IMG/VR virus record: IMGVR_UViG_3300035701_000014
Reading direction: 5' to 3' (one strand)
Source of the DNA: a virus
Taxonomy: Duplodnaviria > Heunggongvirae > Uroviricota > Caudoviricetes
DNA length: 17,003 nucleotides
Both the position numbers and the translations under genes were made by a program. Below are positions 1-7,600 of the stretch, in pieces (the stretch's first letter is position 1; each line of letters opens with the position of its first letter). A model generated the notes under the pieces. That model was given only the letters and a program-made list of their open reading frames with translations, made no database searches and was not told the DNA's origin.

Positions 1-2
1 TT

Positions 3-110
3 TCATTGCTAATCTTCCTGACTGGGTTTGCAGGATGGGTAAACCCCCTTGTGCTCCTGATGTTCGGGGTGGTCACAGTGTCATTGTTCTATTGGAGAGG
101 TGGAATCTGA
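3..110 (+). CDS. 3' end of a membrane protein (partial, open at left edge)
   Basis: Frame 3 is open from the edge: SLLIFLTGFAGWVNPLVLLMFGVVTVSLFYWRGGI*, TGA at 108-110. Hydrophobic C-terminal segment. Confidence 0.75.
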   Translation, partial: SLLIFLTGFAGWVNPLVLLMFGVVTVSLFYWRGGI

Positions 111-257
111 TGGTAGGCTCTGGATGGGTCGCCTCTACAATAGGTAAAAAATAGGTAACACAGGGCATGGGAATATATACTGCCAGAACAAAAATGGATT
201 GTCCTAATGTTCCTATTGTATGAGGTGGTTTAAAATGGAAAGTTGCAAGGTGGAATC

Positions 258-3200
258 ATGAAGAAAGAATTGTTCCTGTCGCTGTTTTTCCTCGTTCTAT
301 TCGGTTCATTTGTAAAGGCAGACCCAATAATTGTAGCAAACTGGACTTTCAATGAGGGCACTGGAGGTTATGCGAATGACAGCACCATATTCGGAAACAA
401 CTGCACAATAAGCAATGCCTCATGGGTAACTGGATTACATGGCAGTGCTCTTGAGTTCAACGGATTTGACAGCTATCTTGACTGTGGGAATGACAGCTCC
501 TTGAACTTCGGCACAGGCGACTTCACTATAATGGCATGGGTAAAATATCCAGATGTTGGCTATCAAGAAGGTTTTATCGAAAAGACCAATTCTTCTCCGA
601 TTGGTTATGAAGTTCTTCTCACTGATTCAGTTCAGCTTTCTATGTGGGGAGATTTGGCTGGAGCAACCCCAACAGGAGTGGCAACCACTGACGACAGCAC
701 TTGGCATCAGATAGTGGCAGTCAGAAACGGAACGAACCACTCCATCTACATAGACGGAGTTTATGACAACAGCGAGGACAGCGACATAGGCAACACCGAC
801 GTCATAGATAATTTGCTTATTGGATACTCCCCAAACGATGACGCTTATTTTGATGGGATAGCAGATGAAATCAAAATGTGGAACGAGGCAAAAGACGATG
901 CCTTTATTTTGCAGATTTACAACGAAGAGAACCCATTCAATTTGACCGATTGCAAACGTCTCGACTTAGTAGGGGCTACTTATACGGTGAACAATGACAT
1001 CACCGTTTCATCATCTCCGATATGCTTTGATATTTCCGCAGAGGGAATAACTCTCGATTGCCAAGGACATACACTAAATGGCTCTGGCTCAACTGGAAAT
1101 GGAATTTATTCAAGCGGTTACAACTACATAACAATCAAGAACTGCAATCTGGTTGGTTTCTATGATGGAATCTATCTTGACACATCCGATTCTGTAAATA
1201 TAACAAACGTCAGTGCAAGAAATGGTCAATCAGGATTCTATTTACTAGGTATGACAAACAGCAATGTTAGCCAGATTACCGCAGAAAACAACTTCTATGC
1301 AACAAGCGGTTTGGATGTAATAAACAGCGACCACAATATATTCACGGATGTCAATGCAAACTGGAATGATGTCGGCATATTCATGAGCAATGCAACTTAC
1401 AATAGTTTCACGAATGTCAATGCAAGTAACAATTTGGAATACGGCGGGCAGCCTCCAAGCGGAATAGACCTGACCTCGGGCAGCGATTACAACAATTTCA
1501 CAAACGTGGTTGCGGATAACAACTCGCCTTATGGAATCTTCATAACAGACTCAAGTTACAATACTTTCCAGACTGTCGAAGCGAACTTTAACAATCAAAT
1601 TGGAATTAATCTCAACTACGGAGATTACAATAACTTTACAGATGTCATACTGGACACTAACAGCTTCTGGGGGATATACATGGAAGACTCCATTCAAAAT
1701 ACATTCATAAACACACTGATAAATGACACAATGGGCGGTGCGTATTTCCATTGGTCAGACAGCAATACTTTTGACAATGTAACTATCCAAAACTGCGGGT
1801 ATGGAATTGAAGTAGATTTCTCGGGATATAACACAATCGAAAACTCAATAATCCAAAACAACGCATGGGATGGAATGTTTCTACATGGCGCAGGCGACAT
1901 CGGGGAGAACAACTTCTTCAATATCCTGCTCAACAACTCGGTAAACGTCTACATCGACCCGAATGTAAATATATACCCGAACTATTTCAACACAACCCAG
2001 CAGGCAGGAACAAGAATTTACTCAACAGGGATTGACATCGGCGGGAACTATTATGTTGGCTATTCTGATATATGTGCAGACGGAGATGCAGATGGATTCT
2101 GCGATTACCCGCTTGACCTTGAGACAGGATTTGCCTGCATAAGCGGATTCACCTGTGGGAACAACACAGATTACTTGCCGTTGAGCAGCAATGGAACAAG
2201 CAACCCATTCAACGTAACTGACTGCGGGACTCTAGGAATATCTGGGCAGAATTACACAATGACGGGAGACATAACCGATTCAGATGCATATCCAGTCTGT
2301 ATAGACATCAAAGGGGACAACATCAATCTGAACTGCGAGGGACATACCGTAGATGGAGACAATGCAACGGGATACATCGGAATTAACATACAACGCAATT
2401 GCACAGGAATTATAACAAGCTGCACAGAAATAGATGACCTAATCTGCGGTGGTATAGAACCATGTTGTTACTACTTCGGCTGTGACTACAATGGGTCAGC
2501 CTGCAATGGGACAACTACAATGCCCTGCTATTCTCCTCCGTTCTGGGATGGTTGTAGTATGGGCTTCAGCGAATGCTCACTATCAACACCTTCAAATGTG
2601 GTAGTCCACAACTGCACAATCACGGACTGGACGGAAGCAGGCATCAATGTTGAAGATGCATCTGGCAACCGCCTTTACAATAACACGCTGATGGGCAACA
2701 GCTATGACGGAATCGCCCTGCGTAGTGCACCCAACAACCTCATCTATGACAACTGGATGGTCGACAATGAGTATGCAATCTCGCTTTACGACAACACAAC
2801 AACTGGTAACTACATCTATAACAACTTCCTGAACAATACTTATAACACTTGGGTAGATGAAGATGTCCTGAACAACTGGAATGTCGCTCCGCAGGGCGGA
2901 ATAAGAATCTATTCCAATGGCTCTCAGATAGGGGGCAACTACCATATTGGATATTCTGATTCTTGCCTAGACATAAATCAAGATGGATTCTGTGATGAGC
3001 CTTATGACCTCTGGAACGACAGCACTTGCACAGTGGGAGTAGACTGCAGCAACAATGTAGATTATTACCCACTGAGCGAGAACTATACAGCACCTCCTAT
3101 GTCAACCTGTCCTCCGACAAGTTACTTTGCAGGTCTGGTAGTCATCTTTGTCTTCCTGTCAGTTGCAGTGGGAGTGATGACAGCCTTTGGTGCATTGACT

Positions 3201-3293
3201 CCCGAGATTCTGGTGCTGATAGGAGTCCCAGCAGCAATGGCAGCAGTCTGGCTTCTGGCAAGGGCAATCACTTGCGGTGGAATCCTTCCCTAG
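258..3293 (+). CDS. Secreted, C-terminally membrane-anchored glycoprotein: LamG/ConA-like domain + two parallel beta-helix (NosD/CASH-like) modules (1011 aa)
   Basis: ATG 258 follows GGTGG and is preferred to TTG 243. Signal peptide MKKELFLSLFFLVLFGSFVKA. LamG-like motifs (WTFNEGTG, FTIMAWVK, WHQIVAV, IYIDG, FDGIADEIKMWN) at ~321-927. Modules at ~933-2186 and ~2205-3077 have GIYL/NNT-type beta-helix repeats. More than 30 N-x-S/T sequons by eye. Two hydrophobic helices at the C-terminus. Confidence 0.9.
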   Translation: MKKELFLSLFFLVLFGSFVKADPIIVANWTFNEGTGGYANDSTIFGNNCTISNASWVTGLHGSALEFNGFDSYLDCGNDSSLNFGTGDFTIMAWVKYPDVGYQEGFIEKTNSSPIGYEVLLTDSVQLSMWGDLAGATPTGVATTDDSTWHQIVAVRNGTNHSIYIDGVYDNSEDSDIGNTDVIDNLLIGYSPNDDAYFDGIADEIKMWNEAKDDAFILQIYNEENPFNLTDCKRLDLVGATYTVNNDITVSSSPICFDISAEGITLDCQGHTLNGSGSTGNGIYSSGYNYITIKNCNLVGFYDGIYLDTSDSVNITNVSARNGQSGFYLLGMTNSNVSQITAENNFYATSGLDVINSDHNIFTDVNANWNDVGIFMSNATYNSFTNVNASNNLEYGGQPPSGIDLTSGSDYNNFTNVVADNNSPYGIFITDSSYNTFQTVEANFNNQIGINLNYGDYNNFTDVILDTNSFWGIYMEDSIQNTFINTLINDTMGGAYFHWSDSNTFDNVTIQNCGYGIEVDFSGYNTIENSIIQNNAWDGMFLHGAGDIGENNFFNILLNNSVNVYIDPNVNIYPNYFNTTQQAGTRIYSTGIDIGGNYYVGYSDICADGDADGFCDYPLDLETGFACISGFTCGNNTDYLPLSSNGTSNPFNVTDCGTLGISGQNYTMTGDITDSDAYPVCIDIKGDNINLNCEGHTVDGDNATGYIGINIQRNCTGIITSCTEIDDLICGGIEPCCYYFGCDYNGSACNGTTTMPCYSPPFWDGCSMGFSECSLSTPSNVVVHNCTITDWTEAGINVEDASGNRLYNNTLMGNSYDGIALRSAPNNLIYDNWMVDNEYAISLYDNTTTGNYIYNNFLNNTYNTWVDEDVLNNWNVAPQGGIRIYSNGSQIGGNYHIGYSDSCLDINQDGFCDEPYDLWNDSTCTVGVDCSNNVDYYPLSENYTAPPMSTCPPTSYFAGLVVIFVFLSVAVGVMTAFGALTPEILVLIGVPAAMAAVWLLARAITCGGILP

Positions 3294-3301
3294 GTGGTGA
3301 T
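3102..3301 (+). repeat. 200-bp perfect direct repeat, copy 1 (anchor + stop + next RBS)
   Basis: Base-by-base identical to 6070-6269 (TCAACCTGTCCTCCG...CCCTAGGTGGTGAT). Offset 2968 bp. Confidence 0.97.
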
Positions 3302-3306
3302 GTGAC

Positions 3307-6261
3307 ATGAACAAGACACCCATCTTTGCATTCTTGGTATTGCTGCTAGCCTGCTCCATTGTGCGGGCTACGGACATCTCGAACTGCACGACTCTGGATA
3401 ATGCAAGCGACACTTACTACTTAACTGCAGATATACTCAACAGTTCAGATAATTATTGTATGCTCATCAGAGCAGATAACATCACTCTAGATTGTCAGAA
3501 TCATATAATCGGAGGAAATGGATTTGGTGCTGGCAATTCATACAGTGCTATCGAAGATTTATACGGAAGACCTGAAGGAGATAATCTAACTATCCAAAAC
3601 TGCGTAATTGATGGTTGGAATACTGCAATAAACGCACAAGGGGGAATCAACTATCTCTCGGTGTATAACACAACTGCATCTAATATGTGGTGGGCATTTG
3701 ATTTGAGAGGAGCAAACAACATTTATTTCTATAACATTTCAACGAATCGTTCTTCGGAACTTGACGATAACGCTGGAACTATGGCATTTATGATAGGAGG
3801 CGACACCAATTTCACAGTAGAAAATTCAACAATCTCAAATTATTATCACCCCGTATATATGTGGGGAGATTCCAGTAATGTAACTTTTAGAAATAATGTT
3901 TTCCAGAGTGATAGAAATATTGCCTATTTTGAAGATAACACCGAAACTGGAATTTTCTATAATAATCTATTCAATAACACTGGAAACACTGGATATGAAT
4001 ACTTAACGGGAATGGGGGGAGCAATGTCATATCTTGATTGGAACACTACTAACCAATCAGGCACTCCTATCTATGGCAATGGCATTCAGATAGGTGGCAA
4101 CTACTGGACTTCTTCGCCTATAGGTTATTCGGATACCTGCACTGATGCTGATGTGGATGGCTTCTGCGACCAGCCATTTGACCTTGCAACAGGACTTCCA
4201 TGCACTGCAGGTGTAGATTGCAGCAACAACACAGACTATCTTCCTTTGAGTGGCGATGTTATAGTTAGTCATAATCTATCCGATTGCTATACATTCACAC
4301 CATTTACGCCACAAGGAACTTATACTTTAACATCTGATATAGTCGATAGTTCTACACTTTACTGCATTTATTTTGAACCCAGAATACAAAATATTATTTT
4401 TGACTGTCAAAACCATTTGGTAGACGGACAGCAAATTCCTAATAGCGAAGGAATCTATATCTCAAATCAATATCCCAATCCAACTCTTAACATCACCATC
4501 CAAAATTGTTTCGTAACAGACTGGGATTACGGAGTTGAAGTGGATAGCGATAACACCAGTGTTCAAAATGTAACCGTGTCTAACTCAACAACTGAAAATT
4601 TTGCACTTTGGGGAGGTTGGGACACTTGGGACACTCGAGACTATTTCAATAATCTTACTTCTTATGATTCACTCGGGATGGGGCTAGACCTAGAAGGATA
4701 TTACAATATTCTGGAAAACAGCGATATATCAAACAACCAGCAAGGAATTTATCTATGGACTGATGAGTTTGGCAACAACACAATCAGAAACTGCATAATT
4801 CAAAACAATATTGATTACGGAATAGAAATTGATGCTGCAACAGGCAGTATGATTTACAATAATCTCTTCAACAACACTATCAATGCATTATTTGTCAATG
4901 ATGTTTATGCGAACAACTGGAACACCACAAACCAATCAGGAGCTCGCATCTTCGGGAATGGAACTGACATCGGTGGTAACTTCTGGGCAGACCCTGCGGG
5001 CACAGGATTCTCCCAGACTTGCACTGATGTAGACCACGACGGTTTCTGCGATTGGGCTTATGACTTAACACATTCACCCTGTGACCCGATGACAAACTGC
5101 TCGAACAACACAGACTTCCTACCTTTAAGCGACAACTATTCATCACCAGTTCCACCATCACCATACAGCAACATCACCGACTGCACAGAAATGACAACAC
5201 CAAACCACACTTACTACCTCACGCAGAACATAATCAATACTCCGATGGCATATTGCATGGATGTTCTAGCAGATAACATCACCCTAGATTGCGAAGGGCA
5301 TACCATCGACGGGGACAACAGCAGTTCATTAGTTGGAATCAATGTTTATTATATCAATGACACAACAATCCACAACTGCGTAATCACGAACTGGGTATCC
5401 GCAGGCATTGAATTAACTGCAGCAACAAATACAGTAATTTACAACAACACAATAAACTACAATGACGAGGATGGAATTGCGATATATGCATTTGATGATG
5501 CAACAATCTACAACAACTGGCTCGTCGGAAATGATTACGGAATCTCAATCTATGACGGCGACACAGGAAGCCTCATCTACAATAACTATTTCAACAACCA
5601 ACACGATGCATGGGTTGATACCGACAATCCGAATGACTGGAACACCACCAAGCAAGTAGGCACAAGAATTTATTCCACAGGGACTGACATCGGCGGAAAC
5701 TACTGGGCTGGAGGCGGAACTTGCTCAGGAACAGCAACTCCATGCGGGGATATATCGAATGAGACCGCCTGCAACAATCAGATGTTCTGCTCTTGGTATG
5801 GAGATGGGGCAGGCTCTTGCGAAGATGATATGGGTGCAATGCCATGCTTCTTCTTAAATGGCTATGAATCAGATTGTGAACAGCAACTTGGCTGCACATG
5901 GACTGCTGGCGGGTATTCAGACAACTGCATAGACGCAGACCACGACGGGTTCTGCGACCAGCCTTATGATGCCTATTACGGAGGAGGCTGCACTCTGGGA
6001 GTGGACTGCGGGAACAACACCGATTATCTTCCTTTGGCTGGAGGGTATACGCCACCAACTCCACCAGCATCAACCTGTCCTCCGACAAGTTACTTTGCAG
6101 GTCTGGTAGTCATCTTTGTCTTCCTGTCAGTTGCAGTGGGAGTGATGACAGCCTTTGGTGCATTGACTCCCGAGATTCTGGTGCTGATAGGAGTCCCAGC
6201 AGCAATGGCAGCAGTCTGGCTTCTGGCAAGGGCAATCACTTGCGGTGGAATCCTTCCCTAG
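3307..6261 (+). CDS. Secreted, C-terminally membrane-anchored glycoprotein with three parallel beta-helix (NosD/CASH-like) modules (984 aa)
   Basis: RBS GGTGGTGA upstream. Signal peptide MNKTPIFAFLVLLLACSIVRA. Modules at ~3370-4251, ~4270-5130 and ~5167-6039, each with a TLDC/FDC start motif and ending GGN(Y/F)W..C.D.D.DGFCD..C..C.NNTD(Y/F)LPL. Last 63 aa identical to the upstream paralog. Confidence 0.9.
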   Translation: MNKTPIFAFLVLLLACSIVRATDISNCTTLDNASDTYYLTADILNSSDNYCMLIRADNITLDCQNHIIGGNGFGAGNSYSAIEDLYGRPEGDNLTIQNCVIDGWNTAINAQGGINYLSVYNTTASNMWWAFDLRGANNIYFYNISTNRSSELDDNAGTMAFMIGGDTNFTVENSTISNYYHPVYMWGDSSNVTFRNNVFQSDRNIAYFEDNTETGIFYNNLFNNTGNTGYEYLTGMGGAMSYLDWNTTNQSGTPIYGNGIQIGGNYWTSSPIGYSDTCTDADVDGFCDQPFDLATGLPCTAGVDCSNNTDYLPLSGDVIVSHNLSDCYTFTPFTPQGTYTLTSDIVDSSTLYCIYFEPRIQNIIFDCQNHLVDGQQIPNSEGIYISNQYPNPTLNITIQNCFVTDWDYGVEVDSDNTSVQNVTVSNSTTENFALWGGWDTWDTRDYFNNLTSYDSLGMGLDLEGYYNILENSDISNNQQGIYLWTDEFGNNTIRNCIIQNNIDYGIEIDAATGSMIYNNLFNNTINALFVNDVYANNWNTTNQSGARIFGNGTDIGGNFWADPAGTGFSQTCTDVDHDGFCDWAYDLTHSPCDPMTNCSNNTDFLPLSDNYSSPVPPSPYSNITDCTEMTTPNHTYYLTQNIINTPMAYCMDVLADNITLDCEGHTIDGDNSSSLVGINVYYINDTTIHNCVITNWVSAGIELTAATNTVIYNNTINYNDEDGIAIYAFDDATIYNNWLVGNDYGISIYDGDTGSLIYNNYFNNQHDAWVDTDNPNDWNTTKQVGTRIYSTGTDIGGNYWAGGGTCSGTATPCGDISNETACNNQMFCSWYGDGAGSCEDDMGAMPCFFLNGYESDCEQQLGCTWTAGGYSDNCIDADHDGFCDQPYDAYYGGGCTLGVDCGNNTDYLPLAGGYTPPTPPASTCPPTSYFAGLVVIFVFLSVAVGVMTAFGALTPEILVLIGVPAAMAAVWLLARAITCGGILP

Positions 6262-6269
6262 GTGGTGAT
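6070..6269 (+). repeat. 200-bp perfect direct repeat, copy 2
   Basis: Identical to 3102-3301. Confidence 0.97.
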
Positions 6270-6386
6270 ATGGAATTCATCAGAATGAAGAGCATAAATA
6301 AGAAGAAGATAGTCCCCGAAGAAATACTAGCAGGCAGGGGGCTCATAGGGGAACAGACAATCGGCTCGATAATAGATTTGGGATGA
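6270..6386 (+). CDS. Small hypothetical protein (38 aa), not in ORF track
   Basis: MEFIRMKSINKKKIVPEEILAGRGLIGEQTIGSIIDLG*. RBS GGTGGTGA supplied by the repeat. ATGA overlap with the next gene. Confidence 0.6.
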   Translation: MEFIRMKSINKKKIVPEEILAGRGLIGEQTIGSIIDLG

Positions 6387-6655
6387 GGAACATGGAGAAG
6401 CCAAAGCTTACATTCTTTGAAATGAAGATATGGGAAGACCTCAACGGCAGGGGCGGGGAGCTCACGATAGCAGAAGCCCGCAGGATTTTCGGGGTCAACT
6501 ACAAAATCAAGAAGGAAGAGTTTCCCGTGTTGCTCAAGGAGCTCAAGCAGACCGACATATTCGAAATCTCGAAGAAGAAAATCAAGATAAAGGAATTCGA
6601 GATGATGCAGGAAGCTGGCACGCAGACCTGCGGGGCAAAGCAGCTTCGGATATAA
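6383..6655 (+). CDS. Hypothetical protein, possibly winged-helix DNA-binding (90 aa)
   Basis: Coupled start. Pattern IWEDL..GGELTIAEARRIFG..IKKEEFPVLLKELKQTDIFEI followed by beta-like KKIKIK resembles a wHTH fold. The fold call is weak (inference). Confidence 0.6.
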   Translation: MRNMEKPKLTFFEMKIWEDLNGRGGELTIAEARRIFGVNYKIKKEEFPVLLKELKQTDIFEISKKKIKIKEFEMMQEAGTQTCGAKQLRI

Positions 6656-6778
6656 TCCACCTTTTGGCTAACTGCCCTTCAAAGGCGTAAGGCTGGTTTC
6701 CTGTGTCGCCAAACGCCAGCCGAAAATAAGTGGGGCTGCCAACGGCTTCACTGGTCAAAAACTGCTGGTGGGCGAATC

Positions 6779-6848
6779 ACTGGAAAGCTGACCTTCTGGG
6801 ATATTCTATTTTTCTGGGTAGTTTGAGGCTCGAAGGTAGCCTTCCAGT
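6779..6848. other. Long imperfect inverted repeat / stem-loop in non-coding DNA
   Basis: ACTGGAAAGCTGACCTTC (6779-6796) pairs with GAAGGTAGCCTTCCAGT (6832-6848): 16 bp, one mismatch, one bulge, 35-nt loop. Confidence 0.6.
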
Positions 6849-6850
6849 CT

Positions 6851-6898
6851 GTTTATATACGTTAACTATATATACTACTATAGACCAAGTATATATAC
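6851..6898 (+). promoter_or_regulatory. Archaeal-type promoter with overlapping inverted repeat
   Basis: TTTATATA at 6852-6859, ~50 bp before ATG 6910. Perfect 10-bp IR TATATATACT (6867-6876) / AGTATATATA (6888-6897) spans the expected transcription start. Confidence 0.55.
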
Positions 6899-6909
6899 AC
6901 AGTGGTAAC

Positions 6910-7134
6910 ATGGCAATCGTGAGCTCAGGCAATCAGTTCAATCATCCGACAAAGGAACGGTTACTGGAAAGCATACCCAAGCTGAAGCAAGACCTTATGG
7001 CATGCAGTGCGCTCCCAACGAGCCAGAACAGGAGCGATGAGGAAATCGAGAGGATGTCTTTCAATGAGCTGAGATTGTATCACGGCATCCTGCTCGGATT
7101 CTGGCGGTTATATAACTTCGGAAAGTTCTACTAA
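6910..7134 (+). CDS. Hypothetical protein (74 aa)
   Basis: ATG 6910 after GTGG. The track's upstream extension (6730) runs through AT-rich promoter DNA and is unlikely to be coding. Confidence 0.7.
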   Translation: MAIVSSGNQFNHPTKERLLESIPKLKQDLMACSALPTSQNRSDEEIERMSFNELRLYHGILLGFWRLYNFGKFY

Positions 7135-7146
7135 GAGGTGGTATGA

Positions 7147-7278
7147 ATGGGAAAACTAGATAGGCAAGGCAGGAATCCCGAGTATCCAAACTTCAACTGG
7201 AAGAGAGAGTGCAATAACTGCCCCCACAATCAGGGGTGCACGACCAGCAAGCTTCAGCTTTGCTCCCACAGGAGTTGA
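7147..7278 (+). CDS. Small Cys-rich protein (43 aa), not in ORF track
   Basis: GAGGTG + 6 nt + ATG. MGKLDRQGRNPEYPNFNWKRECNNCPHNQGCTTSKLQLCSHRS* (CxxC-x5-C-x7-C). Confidence 0.7.
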   Translation: MGKLDRQGRNPEYPNFNWKRECNNCPHNQGCTTSKLQLCSHRS

Positions 7279-7282
7279 TTGA

Positions 7283-7471
7283 TTGAAGAAGATAAGAACT
7301 ATGGAAGAGTTTGAAAAGGAGTATCTACCAGAAGACTACAAGAAGAGACAAGAGGCACTCAAAGCAAAGGCAAAGCACAAAGGGGTGAACCCATATAAAC
7401 GAAGAACACCTGAAGATGAGTTGGTTGACCTGCTGATGTTCGCAGACTTATTGACTAGCAGAGGTGTGTGA
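7283..7471 (+). CDS. Hypothetical protein (62 aa, TTG start)
   Basis: GGAG upstream. MEEFEKEYLPEDY motif. Its 3' end carries the next RBS and TGA abuts the next ATG. Confidence 0.7.
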   Translation: MKKIRTMEEFEKEYLPEDYKKRQEALKAKAKHKGVNPYKRRTPEDELVDLLMFADLLTSRGV

Positions 7472-7600
7472 ATGGAAGGGGAATTATTTGATATAAGAGG
7501 GGCTCGAAAGAATCCGAAGCTGAAGGACAGAAAGAAGGTGGATGCGGAGTGGCTGGAGAAAGCAAAGATACTGATGAAAAAGAAAAGGGTGGTCTCATGA
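7472..7600 (+). CDS. Small basic protein (42 aa), not in ORF track
   Basis: GAGGTG upstream, TGAATG junction. MEGELFDIRGARKNPKLKDRKKVDAEWLEKAKILMKKKRVVS*. ATGA overlap with the TOPRIM gene. Confidence 0.7.
   Translation: MEGELFDIRGARKNPKLKDRKKVDAEWLEKAKILMKKKRVVS

Noticed and set aside
110-261. Mini-ORFs (110-154, 167-223, 235-261) and a similar 8-codon ORF at 13000-13026
   Set aside because: Too short to distinguish from chance. 235-261 has an RBS and an ATGA overlap and could be a coupling peptide, but there is no further support.
6656-6850. tRNA or box C/D RNA
   Set aside because: No cloverleaf or T-loop consensus, and only an isolated CTGA with no box C.
6730-6909. N-terminal extension of the 6910 gene, and similar extensions at 243, 7549, 9123, 10132, 11007, 11368, 11564, 14462 and 14899
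   Set aside because: Downstream ATGs have the element's typical RBS spacing or stop/start coupling. The extensions overlap promoters or upstream genes.
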